Assembly (NCBI GenBank): GCA_013239625.1
Contig: MU053352.1
Location: 753,079 to 817,078 of the forward strand
DNA: 64,000 nucleotides
Origin: Lama guanicoe
Lineage: Eukaryota
Reading direction: 5' to 3'
Below the pieces are notes generated by a model. It saw only the letters and a list, made by a program, of their open reading frames with translations, ran no database searches and was not told where the DNA came from. The translations under genes were made by a program, and so were the position numbers. Positions 12,995 to 25,213 of the stretch are shown here, piece after piece. Position 1 is the stretch's first letter; every line of letters begins with the position of its first letter.

Positions 12995-13450
12995 GCCTTG
13001 GTTTGGGTCCTCCCAGAAGCAGACTCAAAGACAAGTATTTAAGTGCAAATAACCTATTTTGGAGGTGATCCTAGGGCATCCCTGTAGCGGGTGGAAGGGA
13101 AGGGAAGGGAAGGGAAGGGAAGGGAAGGGAAGGGAAGGGAAGGCAGCCAGTAGAGGAAGCATTATCAAGGAAGTCACTGTGGTGGGAAACCCTGCTAGGG
13201 AACACTCAGAGCCAGTAGTAGAGCAGCCTCCATCATCCCCACCACTGGGCGAGGGAGCTCAGACATCCATCACCAATTCTCCATCTTTGTTGGCTGAGGG
13301 CTGGAGAGGGGGCCAACTCCCTCACTTCCAGCTTGCCCTCATGCAGGCCCAAGAGCACTCCTGAGGCCAGAACAATGTCATTCGCTGTAAGCCGCCTTTG
13401 GTGAGTGCAGTCCAGGGGATACATGGGTGGTGTCTGCTCCAGACACTGAC
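12995..13450. mobile_element. LTR33-like ERVL LTR
   Basis: TTTGGGTCCTCCCAGAAGCAGACTC...TTTAAGTGCAAATA...TGGAGGTGATCC is the LTR33-type terminus. Confidence 0.55.
13093..13143. repeat. (GGAAG)n microsatellite
   Basis: About 10 tandem GGAAG units. Confidence 0.95.
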
Positions 13451-16419
13451 CACTAACTGGTTTTACATTCACAGGAAAAGGCAGACACAGGTCCAGGAGA
13501 CACGCCTCTCTCTCCCTGTTGAGGATGTGGAGGGTATGTACAGGGCAATAGTGGGGGCTTTTGCCTGTCTAGGCCCCCATTAACCCCTTTCTTCTCATGT
13601 TGGGGGACCACGTTGCGGACTGGGACAAACTCAGCTATTCTGCACGAATACTGGCGTCTTCCTCTTCCGCACAGAGCTAGACCGCATTTCCCAGCCTCCA
13701 TTGCAGTTAGGAGGGGTCATGTGACTGATTCCAGCCAATGAAAAGCGAGTGGAAGGCACACGCGCGTCTCTTCCAGGCTTAGGTCCCAGAATCCTCCGAG
13801 GCACTGTCTTTTTTCTCTTTTCTTTTCCACGTGACCTTGGAGGCCACGTGACAGACAGTGGACCGACTTCAGCGGTCTGTGGAGGAAGACGACATCACGC
13901 AAGTTACTACATGACTCACTATTGTTAGTTGGCTCTTAGAAGGAAAAGGTTAATTAAGGTGCTTTGAGTACTTTGCTCGGTATTGCAGGCGGAAACAATA
14001 TGGGCAAAGGCCCTGAGGTGGGGAGAAGGTACCCAAAGCAAACTAGCGTGACTGGAGGTATCGAGCAAGGGAGAGTGGCATCAGAGGGAGGTGTGTAATC
14101 CTGATACAAGATTCATGGGTTTGTGGGACGAATTTGGTGGGTATGGCCCAGATGCTGACTTGGCAGCCTCCCTACTCTCTCTGGGGGCAGAGCATCAGTT
14201 TAAGAAACCAGATTGTAACCAGGAGGGCTGAACCTAGAGACTTGGAATTTGGGTGTATGGAGTTAAGTAAGCCCCATGTCTGGAGTCCCCTCTCCCAGAG
14301 TCTGGGCCCCCTGCCTGGTCTGCAATGGGGGAGGGGCTTTTCTGTCTTCCAGTCACAGCCCAGCCTCACCTCAGAGGATCGTTTCCAGGTCACCTGGCCT
14401 GAATCTGATGAGTCTTGAAATCAGGTCCTAACCCAGGCCCTCCTTCTAGCTGGATTCCTCTCATCCTATCTTGGCAGATGATTCCAATATCAGTGCTATG
14501 GGCCAGTCTGGGAACTTCACCATGTTGTTTTGTTAAACCTCAAGTAACTGACTTAATAATGAACTGTTGAGCCGGAGCTGCTTGCTTGACCTCAGGGGCT
14601 ACCTTTCGCCTGCCCCTCCCCCTCCCCCAGAGCAGTGTCCTCTCAGGAAATGCAGCTGACCCAGCTGCATCCGTGGGAAGGCCTGGCCCCTACACCTCAC
14701 CCTCCCAGCCCTGCTGAGGCCACAGGAAATGACCCTCTTAGCAGCCACGAGCTGTGATCCAGAGGACAATGACAGAGTAACGGAAGCCCGTTTATCCCAG
14801 CTAACTTGTCCTCTTGGGTGCCTGCCAGCTGCTGGAAACAAAAGTGAAGATTCAGTGGGAAAATACGTCTTTTAAAAAACTAACAAACAATCCTATGGGC
14901 TTTAGCCAACTTCTGAGGCTCTGAGGGGTTTGGATTTCTTTGTGTGTGTGTGTGTGTGTGTTTAAAACATAAACAAGACTTACAATCAGAGAATGTAAGG
15001 TTTGGAAGGTCAGCCATCCCACCTAAGCAGCAGGCCTCCTGTGGCATCTGTCTTCGTGTGGCTGGGCCCCACCTCTCCACACTGCTGTTATTCACGTCAC
15101 TTGGCTCTGGCCACTGTCCCTACCCCATTGCCCCTCACCACCTAGAATCCAGAGAGCTCGTCTTAATCCCAGATCAAGTCAGCCCTTCTAGGGCTCTGCA
15201 GGCCAGCCCTGTCTCACTCTTCAGATTTCACCTCTAATGCCACCTCCTCCAAGGGGCTTCTTGGCCCCTTCCTCTCTGAAGCAGCACCTCACCATGGTTC
15301 TCTTCATAGCACTCATCACATTTAACCCCATTCAGAATGATCTGGTTTGTTTACATGTGCCAGGCACAGAGTAGGCACTCAATAAATGTTTGTTGACTGA
15401 AAAATGTTTTTCAGTGATTGTTGCATTCAGATCAGAGCTGGCTAAGAGAATCCAGATTTCACTGTATTTTAGCACACATTATTGGCTACAAACTGTGCCA
15501 GGGCTGGGAGGCACATCCGTCAGGAATTCTACTCATTCGTTCATTCGTTCATTTGGAGGGGAGAGTCCTGAGTAAACAGTGATTCAGTCTAGGGGTGCAG
15601 AGACCCAAGAAAGCTTTACAGAAGAGGGAATTCGAGGTGGACTTTCCATCAAAAGGGAAGCCAGATGGGGTGCGGGAGGACTGTCCAACTGGAAGGAAGT
15701 GCCTGAATAGAGATTTGAAAGTGAACGTATTTGGAAGAGGAAGAGGACCACAGAGAATAGAATTTATTTATTCCTGCTTTGGATGCCCAGGGAAGGCAGG
15801 GACCTGGTTTTTATCTGGGGCAGCAGCAGGGACACTCCACCTTATTTTCTGAAGCAATAAAGAGATGGATGTGCATAGCTGAGGTGAGACAAAGCTGTCC
15901 TATGCCCCTGGAGAACTTGAATGCTGTGCTAAGCCATCTGGATGGAAATAATCACTTTGAGAAGCTTGTTTTAAGAGCCCGATGTCCTTGGCCCCTGAAC
16001 TCCAGTTCTCTAGTGATGCAGACTATGCCAGGATGCTTCTAGCAAATACAGTTGCTGGGGCCCCATCCTGGAAGAGTCTGATTCTCTGTCAGTGTTGGGG
16101 CCTGGTCATTTGCATTTTTACAACCTTTTCACATGTTCTCATCATTCACTGGGTTTGGTGACTAGTGAGGCTCAGAGAGGTAAAGGCATTTGCCCAATGT
16201 CAGCCAGTGGCAAAGGGGGCATTCTGAACCAGATCGTTTGGCCCTCTGCGTTTCCCCACTTCATCTGCAGCCTCCTCTGGATAAGTTCCCTTCTCCAGTT
16301 TTATTTTCCCCTGAGTGCCAGAATCTGGGCCATGGCTGGGTCTGCCCGCCCTGCGTTCCCTTCCTCTCCCCACTCCCAGCCTCAAAGGTCAGGTAACTCC
16401 CAGCCTCCCGCGGGCATGT

Positions 16420-16429
16420 CCATTTATGG
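16420..16429. promoter_or_regulatory. consensus CArG box, candidate
   Basis: CCATTTATGG in a non-repeat, locally CpG-enriched segment. TTTATAAA at about 16456-16463 and CRE-like GACGTCA/GGCGTCA at about 16543-16582. Motif evidence only. Confidence 0.4.
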
Positions 16430-17109
16430 CTCTGTTGTTCCAAAATGTGGCCAAATTTATAAACTCCCCCTTCCCGGAGACACAAAACAATTTGTGCAGA
16501 GTGCAGTGCGGGGGCAGATCTGGGAGCTTCGACCCAAGCCTGGACGTCAGCCCGGGCCCAAGCGCAATGAGCTCTGGCGTCAGACGGACCCCAGTCCCTC
16601 CCCGGGCCTCAGTTTCTCCACCTAAGAGCAAAGGAACTGGACTAGATCATTCCTGAAATCCTTCCTAAGTCTAGACACGTCCAACTTACTGCTTACAAAT
16701 GCCAATTCCCTAAATCCATGGGCCCAATAACTGTAAAAGGAGGTGCCGGAGGACAGACTGCAGCCTCTAGCCTCGTTCCTCTACATCTCTCCTTTTCTTT
16801 TCTTTTTTCTGCTTGACTTTTTTGTATTAAAAAAAAATCAGCCAAGGAATCTACTTTCACGGTAAAGTAAAACCCCCCTCTCCAGCCCCCCACTCCCACC
16901 CTCCTCTCCAGAAGCATCGATTGTCAAAAAGTGTGAGGTGGAGCTTTCAAGATGCGATTCTCTGCATTTCTTTAGACATATTCATGTTCATATGGGAGGG
17001 TTCTTAAATTGTATTTTTTTTTTTACGTAAACGGGAATTGGATATTTTGTTCAGCATCTTTCTTTTTTCACCTAATGTCTTATCCCTTTTTTCATATCAG
17101 CCTCTTAAG

Positions 17110-17600
17110 GAACAGCATGAATGAGGGGTGACTTATGAAGTTCACCTGTTGTGAGTGTGGCTTTTAGTGACTTCAGAGAGCTGCACATCCATCACCACAA
17201 TCCGGTTCAAGAACATTTCCAGCCCCCCAGCAAGTGCCTTTCTGCCCATTTGTGAGTCAGTCCCTGCTCTCACCCACAGCCACAGGTGACTGCTGATCTT
17301 TCTGTCTCTGCAGGTCAGCCTTTTCTGGACATTTCATATGAATGGAATGACAGAGTACATTATCTTTTGCACCAACTTCTTTTATTAGCCTGACTCTTTG
17401 GAGGCTCATCCGTGCTGTAGAGTGTTTCGTCCTCTTTTTGCTGCTACTCCATTGTAGAGCTGTATTCCATTTTGCTTATCTATTTATCAGCCTGTGGACA
17501 CCTGGAGTATTTCCAGTCTGGGGCTGTTAGGACTAATATTGTTGTAAATGTTCGCACCTGCATGTTTGTGAGGGCGTGTGTTCTCCTTTCTCTTGGGCAG
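17110..17600 (-). mobile_element. old L1M 3' fragment
   Basis: CATCACCACAATCC...AGAACATTTCC...CCTTTTCTGGACATTTCATATGAATGGAAT is the antisense L1ME-type 3' UTR. Confidence 0.65.
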
Positions 17601-20479
17601 AAACCTTAATCCTAACCTTTTGAGCTGCTGTGGCAACTCCGGTGTTGTAAGCAGCCCCCTCTCCATGGACACTTAGGTTGTTCCAGGATTTCACCCTCAT
17701 GAACCTCACTGTCCTGAGCTGCTTCACGCACATGTGCGAGGAGAGAGCAAGCGAGCCAGTCACAGAGCAGGTGCATTTTACATTTGCTGAACTGTTGCCA
17801 AATCCTCCTCCATGACAGTCTTGCATTCTCTTCAGAGGAGCAGGCAATGGGGGGAGAGAGAGAATCCACTGTAAAGCTATCACCTGTCCCCCACCCCACC
17901 TGTTGAGCTTGAGAGCTTGAGGAAAAAGGCCACTTCTGGGGAAGAGTCCCCAGGGGCAGTCAAGGATGGCTGAGGCCAGGCAGGAGAAGGCAGGGGCCAG
18001 CATAAAGACTGGAACCCTTCCTCCCAAGATTCTCCTTTGCAGGGCTGTAGGTAAAGAGCTCTCTGTCATTGGGGGTATGCAAATGGAGGCTGGCCAGCCA
18101 CATGGCAGGGGCTGTAAAGGGACTCTCAAAAATCTCTTGGGAAACTGGGCTACATGGCTTCTGAGACAGCAGTGTGGCTGAGGGGTTAAGAATGTGTCCT
18201 TTGCTGGCAAGCGCCCTTGGTTCAAATCCTAGCTCTGCCATTTCCTAGCTCTGTGATGCTGAGAGAGTGAGCTCAGCACCCGCAGCCTCTGTTTTCTCAT
18301 CTGTAAAATGGGGATGTGATTCCATCTCCCAAAGTCTGGGGAAGAAGGGGAGTGTCAGTGACATCATGTGAGTGGGGCCCAAAGTCAGTCCTATGATTAG
18401 GACTCTCTTAATCCTGTGATCATGGCCTGTTCTGTCTGGGACCCTAGGAACTGGGCATGAGAGGACTGTGATGTGTGTCCATTAGCCTCCAGGGAAGGAA
18501 TACCTTCGACAACTGTCACAGCCTGGGTTCAGACACAGCCTGGGTTCATGTGACCTTGGGCAAGGATTTAATCTGTAACTCAGTGTCCTCATCTGTACAA
18601 CAGTAACAGTACCAACCTGAGAGGGCCATTGGGCAGGGAGAATAGGTTAATCTTCACGTGATAGTAAACCCCCAAATGACAGTGGCTTCCCCAAGAGTCA
18701 TTTCTTTCTCTCACGTCTAACGGTGAGCAGGTGAGCAGTCCAGGGCTAGTGTGGCAGCTCCATGAAGTAGTTAGGCATCCAGTTCCCAGCTCTTCTAACC
18801 TTAATGTGTGGCCATAGTCCTCATGATCAAACAGGGCAGCCAGAAATCCAGCCATCACATCTGTTTTGAGAAAACAGCATGGGGGATGAGGGGACAAGGA
18901 GGCAAAGAGCATGAACCAGTCCTTAAGGATTTCACCAACTGTCACTCGACAGGTCCACTTATGTCTCATTGATCAGAACTTTATCAAGTAGCTACACTAG
19001 CTGGAAGGGAGAGCGGAACAGATATTAGGTACAGGTAGACAGGGAACAGCTTTGTTTGTTTCCTTCAGCCCCCAGGGAACTGTTATTCTGACTCTTGTCA
19101 CCATAGATTTATCTTCCCTGTTCTAGAAATTTATTCAAATGTCATCACACAGAACATTCTCTTGTATCTGGTTTATTTCATTCAACATTATGTTCATGAA
19201 CTTCTGAGTTGTTTTTTTTCCTCTCTTTCTATCCAGAAGGAGACATTCATCAACATTCAGTCCTTTATTAATTTCTTCCATCACTGAGTCACTCATTCGA
19301 CAAATGTTTCTTGAGCCCCTATTATGTGGGGAGGGTTGGCCAAACACACTCACTCATGGCAAAGACTGATGAACTCTGAGTGTTTCAGGGTGTCCTCTGA
19401 CCCAAAGCTATTTTGGCTTCAAATAACCATGGTGACAGCTCTACTCTAAACTGTTCCAGATTTGGGGAGAATCCCCAGTAGACACTGGCCACACAGCCCA
19501 AGGGTGAGGAGCTCAGGCTGTGGCACCCACGGATGTGCACTTAGTAGGTACTTAATAAGCAGTGGCTGCAGCTCCTTCCTAGGCACGGAAGCCTTGTAAG
19601 GAGCAGGGCCCCCCTCTTTTTTTAATCCTTTGCTGGCCTCGTAAGGCAGGTACTGTTACATTTAATCGACGAGGAAAGGATGCTCAGTGAGGTGTGGCAA
19701 CTCTTCTGAGGCTGCACAGCTGGTGAGCGGCTGAGCTGGGATTCAAACCCAGGCCTGTGGAGGATCCAGTCTGCCTCCTCGCCCATCCTTTAAGCCTTGA
19801 CCCACTCAAAGGAGAGCCCAGACTCGGCACGGACAAAGGCTGCACACTTTGCTTTGCCATTTCTTGTTGTCGTTCTCATCTTTGGGGTCAGCCCAGGATG
19901 TTTTCCCAGCTCCAAAGCCAGGTTTGTCTGTTTCAGCTTAAAATCATATGGAGGTGGGGAGGGGGTGGGAAGAGGGTGGGGAGGGAGAGGCATAACTCGC
20001 CAGTAGCTCCTCTTGCCTACTCCCACACCCTGGGCCTGGGTTCTAGATGGTCTCACTGCCATCTGTCCCCCTCCATCCTACTTCCTGGGGACTGTCCCCC
20101 CTCAGGGTCCTCCCAAGCCCTCACTCTCAGGCTCTATCAAGAGGCCCTAAATGGCAGCATTTTGCTAAGTGACATTTTTCTAAGTGATGGGCATGAGATT
20201 ACACATCTGGGTCGGTTGTTACCAGCGCCCTGACTCACTCAGCTCATTCCTTCAAGTGAATGAGCCTTTCATTGTAACTGCTGGCTTTTAAAGGGCCCAC
20301 GCATCTGTTTTTCCGACCATGTAAAATCTATCAGACAGGGGGAGACGTGTCATTTAAAGAAATGGTTAAGTTTTCTCCATGGGAACAAATTTTCCAGGGA
20401 AGAAAATATGTCAATCTTATGATGTCATTGAGCGGCTTTCAAAAAAATTTTTTTCCGCACATGAACCCTTTCTTTTTCC

Positions 20480-20590
20480 AAAAAAAAAAAATATGGACTG
20501 CTTCACAAATGTGTGTGTCATCCTGGCGCAGGGGCCATGCTAATCTCTGTATCATTCCAATTTTAGTATCTGTGCTGCCGAAGCGAGCAT
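20480..20590 (-). pseudogene. RNU6: U6 snRNA processed pseudogene (full length)
   Basis: Reverse complement reads ATGCTCGCTTCGGCAGCACAGATACTAAAATTGGAATGATACAGAGATTAGCATGGCCCCTGCGCCAGGATGACAC...CCATATTTT. It has several substitutions and a 3-nt deletion just after the ACAGAGA box. Diverged TSD at 20457-20471 and 20592-20606. Confidence 0.93.
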
Positions 20591-21318
20591 GGCACGTGAG
20601 CCCTTCTGCAGAGGCTACTGAAGCCGCAGCTCAGTGTCCAGATGGTGAAAAGGGAGCCCCTGGGATGGAAAGAGGGTAGAGGTTGCTCAGTGACACGGCT
20701 TCCCTCTTACTCCAGGGCCCCCTACCTCTCTGTGCAGCTTGCCCCCGGGTATGGAACCAGTTTAGAACCACAGAGAGTGCTGTGACCCAGGAGTTGGAGC
20801 CCCGGGCCATTGTTTACTACCAGTGTGTGACCTCAGGAGAGGGAGTGGGCTTCCCATCTGGGAAATGGGACGGTTGTCCTAAATATTTCCTAACCTTCTT
20901 TCCAGTTCTAAGGTTCTGTGTGGCTGGGAGGATGTCATCTGAAGTGGTGAACTTTCGGAATATAGACTTTTCGAAAAAAGAAACAGAGTTCTCTTGTTTG
21001 AGGCGGTCTGGTAATAAACCAACGGCTCTATGAGTATTTTCCAAGTGGAGGTGCTGTGGGTCTCCTTGCACGAATCGATAAAAAAAAGCAGCTTCATTTA
21101 CTTCATTGTTAGAAAGTAGGGAAAGTCGAATCATGTTGCTGTCTGCGCACCTTAAACTTATACAGCGCTGTATGTTGATTATATCTCATGATCTGGGGAG
21201 GAATGGGAATAATGTTAGAATGTAAACAAAAAAAAGTACTATCCAAGCAATATCACTCACATAAAGCAATGCAAAAAATTCCCTAATGTATCACCATATC
21301 CGGCAAGGGGAACAGTCT

Positions 21319-21357
<39 letters not shown>

Positions 21358-21365
21358 AAAGAAAG
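21319..21365. repeat. (AAAG)n microsatellite
   Basis: About 11 tandem AAAG/GAAA units. Confidence 0.95.
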
Positions 21366-21553
21366 TAGGCTAAAGATGGCCCCTGATAGCCCGTCTGTGT
21401 TAATTTGTCAGTAACCTTCCCTCATGCTCAGTATAAATAACGTACTAAGTAAAAAAGTACTTAGTAATGAAAAGTCAAACAACATTAACATAGACAGTTA
21501 TTGAACATTAATACAGACTTTTTTTTTAAAAGATCAAATATCCACATACAATT

Positions 21554-21662
21554 GGGATAACCAACTATTCTGCTTTCCTCAGACTGAGGGGTTTCTTGGG
21601 ACACAGGACTTTCGGTGCTACAACTAGGAATGTCCCAGGCAAACGGGGTGAGTTGGTCACCC
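21554..21662. mobile_element. MER81-like hAT-Blackjack MITE
   Basis: Terminal inverted repeats GGGATAACCAAC...GTTGGTCACCC, with internal GACTGAGGGGTTT and GGACTTTCGGTGCTA. Confidence 0.7.
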
Positions 21663-21674
21663 ACTCACATAGCA

Positions 21675-21905
21675 CAGCAGTTACTATGTGTCAGACACCG
21701 TTCCAAACACTTTTCACATTTTAACTCTTTTGAAATCTGCACCACAACCCTGTAAAGTAGGTCCTATTAATATCCCTAGTTTTACAGGTCCTCAGGGGAA
21801 ACTAAAGCTCAGAGAGGTTAAGTGATTTTTCCAAGGTCACACAGCTGGCTGGAGGCAGAGCCAGGGTGAAAACCCACCCAGTATGGCTCTGGTGCTCGTA
21901 ACTGT
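21675..21905 (-). mobile_element. MIR SINE
   Basis: TTTTACAG...GAAACTAAAGCTCAGAGAGGTTAAGTGATTTTTCCAAGGTCACACAGC is the MIR core. Similar MIRs lie near 5100-5270, 5700-5880, 6600-6750, 7240-7700, 12500-12640, 18170-18320, 19620-19780, 29030-29410, 44850-45010, 47420-47660 and 57200-57390. Confidence 0.8.
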
Positions 21906-22429
21906 TACATCATATCATCTTGCTCCTAAATCGTGTCTTTAGCAAATCACAGAGCTGTAGCCAGTCTGTGACCAAGGCCAGCTGGGTACTCAAGAGATCC
22001 AGGCCTGGCTCTCTGTGGAATAACACTGAGGGGCCCCCAGCTTCTCTGGGTCCTGGTTTCCAGCCCAGTGAAATGAGGGGACTGGTCTGGAACAGTGGTT
22101 TCCCTAGTTTTTTAAGCAGTAGAACTTGTCAGATACTTGGGATCCCAATATATAAAACAGACCACGGCCAGAGAATTTACATCTTCAGTGTTGAGCAGAA
22201 AATTCTTCATAGTGTAGAGAATTCCAGAAACTCTGCCCCATAGCCTGAGGCTTCCAGAAGCAGAAGGTGAAAACTTGTGGTTTAATTGCTCTCTAAGGGC
22301 CTTTTAGGCTTTAAAATTAAATCCAACATTTAATTTAAACATTTTATTCGTTCATGCCGCAAAAATGTTAGAGCGGCATCAGATTTGCCAGGCACTGGTC
22401 CAGGCGCTGGGGCATCAGAGATGAGCTGG

Positions 22430-22635
22430 AAAGGGTTTCTCCACTGTGGCACTGCTGTCATTCGGAGCGGGACGATTCTTTGTTTCGGCCTTTGCATTGT
22501 AGAATGTTTCACGGCATTCCCAGCATCTACTCAAGAGATGCTAGGAGCACCTGTCCAGTTGTGACAGCCCAAGATGTCCCCAGACATTGCCAAATATCCC
22601 CTGGTGGTAAAAATCAGCCCTGGTGAAGAATTATG
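22430..22635. mobile_element. MER20 hAT-Charlie element
   Basis: GGCACTGCTGTCATT...GCATTGTAGAATGTTT...CAGTTGTGACAGCCCAAGATGTCCCCAGACATTGCCAAATATCCCCTGG. Confidence 0.8.
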
Positions 22636-23077
22636 CAGCTAAGCTAATGAAGATATCTTATCTCATCAGCTTGGGTTCCCTGGGGAGAGACAGACAACAA
22701 GGTTTTTGTTTTTTTGTTTTTTTTAAAGAAATGATTAATGTATGATAAAGCTAAAATGAGGTGATGAGATAGGTGTTCCTGGGGCAGTCTTCGTGTTGAG
22801 AAGGTGTCTCTGAGAAGGTGATATTTGATCTGGGCCCTAAATGTCCAGGGGGAAGGAGCCAGTCATGCAAAGAATCTGAAGGAAGAATGTTTCCATCAGA
22901 GTCAACAGTGAGAGCAAAGAATGAGAGGCTGGATGAAGTGGCTTGTTAAAGGAACAGGACAAAGGCCAGTGTAGCAGGAGCCTCGAGGATGAGGGGCAGA
23001 GGAGATAGAGGTGAGCTGAGGGGGGCACGGAAGGCAGGTAGGAACGGGAAAGGTCAGATCACTGAAGGCCTCTTACC

Positions 23078-25210
23078 AAATTAATCATCTAAATTCTACT
23101 TCAAGGAACTAGAAAAGGAAGAGAAAAATAAACCCAAAGCAAACAGAATAAAGGAAATAATATAGATAAGAGCAGAGAGCACTAAAATTGAAAACAAAAA
23201 AACAAGAGAGAAAATTAATGAAACAAAAAGCTATATCTTTGTAGGGGAGTTATAGCTCAAATGGTAGAGTGCATGTTTAGCATGCATGAGGTCCTGGGGT
23301 CAATCCCCAGTACCCCCTCTAAAAATAAATAAGTAAACTTAATTACCTCCCCCTGCCAAAAAAAAAAAAGCTGTATCATGGGGGAAAAAAAATCAATAAA
23401 TTGACAAACCTCTGGCAAAAAAGAGAAATCATTAATATTGGGATGAAATATAGGATATCACAACAGATTATGCAGGTATTGAAATGATAATAAAGGGATA
23501 CGACAAACAATCTCACACTGTTGGACTCAGAAGAGATGTTGTTCATCCAGAACACGGTCAATGCTTGGGGACAGGTCACAGGCCCCAGAGAAAAAGTTTA
23601 CCAGCGAAAGCAGCAGCCTTCTACCTCCACAATGAATTTACCAGGAGGAGCTGGGAGATAATGCAGTGAGGGGGCACTGGCATCCTGGGGCCAGTGAAGC
23701 GTGATCACCTTCCTTCCTTTTATATGAACACAAGGCTGACCCTTGATAATGAGATGGGTGGTACAGTGCCAAGATGCTAACAGAAATGAGAGAAGCCAAT
23801 TGAGCATAAAAACAAAAAAACTGGTGAAAATAAAGGACAAAACCCACACAATCATACAATAGATACAGAAAAAAGCTCTGACAAAATCCAGCACCCAATC
23901 ATGATAAGAATTCTCAATGATGCTTAAAATAGAAGGTAACTTCCTCAATTTGATGAAAAACTACAGCTTACATCATATTTAATGGTAAAAGACTCAAATG
24001 CCTTTCTTCTAAGATCAGGTACAAGACAAGGCTATCCACTTTTGCCTCTTGTATTCAACTTCATCCTGTAGGTTCAGGACAGGCAACAAGGCAAAAATAA
24101 AAAGAATTTAAAGGCACCTATTAGGGAAGAAAAGAGGTAAAATTCTTAACTCACAGGTAACATTACCACGTGTGTAGAAAGTCCTAAAGAACTCCCCTCT
24201 TACTATGCACAAAAGCTGCTAGAACTAAAAAAGTTCGGTAAAGTAACAGGATACAAGGTCAATATAATGAAAAAAAAAATCAGTTGTACATCTCCACACT
24301 AGCAACAAATCACAACAAGAAAGAAATTAGGAAAATAATTCCATTCACTGTAGCACAAAAAATCAAATACTTAGGAATAAATCTATCAAAAGGAGTGTAA
24401 GACTTGTACACTGAAAATTATAAAACATTAATGAGAGGAATTTTAGAATATCTAAATATATGATGAGACATTCAAATTCAATATTGTTAAGATGGTGACT
24501 GTCCTCAAATTGGTCTCTAGATTCCGTATAATCCCTATAGAAATGCTAACAGGATTTTTGTAGAAATTGTAAAACTGATCCTAAAATTCATATGGAAATG
24601 CAAGTGCCTAAAATAGCCAAAAGAATTTGGAAAATGAAGAACAGTCACAGGACTTACACTACCTGTGTTCAAACCTAACTGGCAAAAGGCTGGATAGATC
24701 AATCTAACAGAATCAAAAGTCCAGAAAGAAACTCTTACATTTATGGTCAATTGATTTTCAATGAAGCATCAAGGCAATTTGACAAGGAAAATATAGTTTT
24801 TTCAACAAATAGTTCTGGGATAATTAGATATAAGTAAACAAAAGGGTGAATTCACACCCTACCTCACACAATACAGAAAAAGAAACTGAAAATGGATCAC
24901 AGATATAAATTTGAGAACTACAACTATAAAACTTCTAGAAGAAAACACAGGAGAAAACCTTTGTGATCTTGGGCTGGGCAAAGAACTCTTAGATATGACA
25001 CTAAAATGATGTTCCACAAAAGAAAAGTACAAATTGGGCTTCAACAAGATGAAAAATGTTTGTTCTGTGGAAGACACATTTATAAGAAGATGAAAAGACA
25101 AATTACAGACCGGGACAAATATTTTCAAATCATATGTTCAATAAAGTACTTGTATCCATACCATATAAATAACTCATATAACTCAATAACGAGAAGACAA
25201 TATAGTTTAA
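23078..25210 (+). mobile_element. degenerate L1 ORF2 fragment (interrupted)
   Basis: A-rich sequence with L1 ORF2 motifs (TCAAGGAACTAGAAAAGGAAGAG..., CAATAGATACAGAAAAAGC..., AAAATTCATATGGAAATGCAA). Multiple stops and frameshifts. Confidence 0.85.
23244..23369 (+). mobile_element. tRNA-Ala-derived SINE, long-tail form, inserted in L1
   Basis: tRNA head, then AAATAAATAAGTAAACTTAATTACCTCCCCC, then poly(A). TSD AAAAGCTATATC / AAAAGCTGTATC. Confidence 0.88.
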
Positions 25211-25213
25211 AAA

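Noticed and set aside
18517..18548. 15-bp direct repeat CACAGCCTGGGTTCA
   Set aside because: A small slippage duplication at the edge of a MIR-like remnant, with no sign of function.
1..20000. SMTN exons expected from human synteny
   Set aside because: I found no smoothelin coding sequence (for example an MADEALAG-like start) on either strand. The gene is probably outside the window.
20480..20590. Functional U6 snRNA gene
   Set aside because: Deletion beside the ACAGAGA box, multiple substitutions, a TSD and no evident upstream TATA/PSE.
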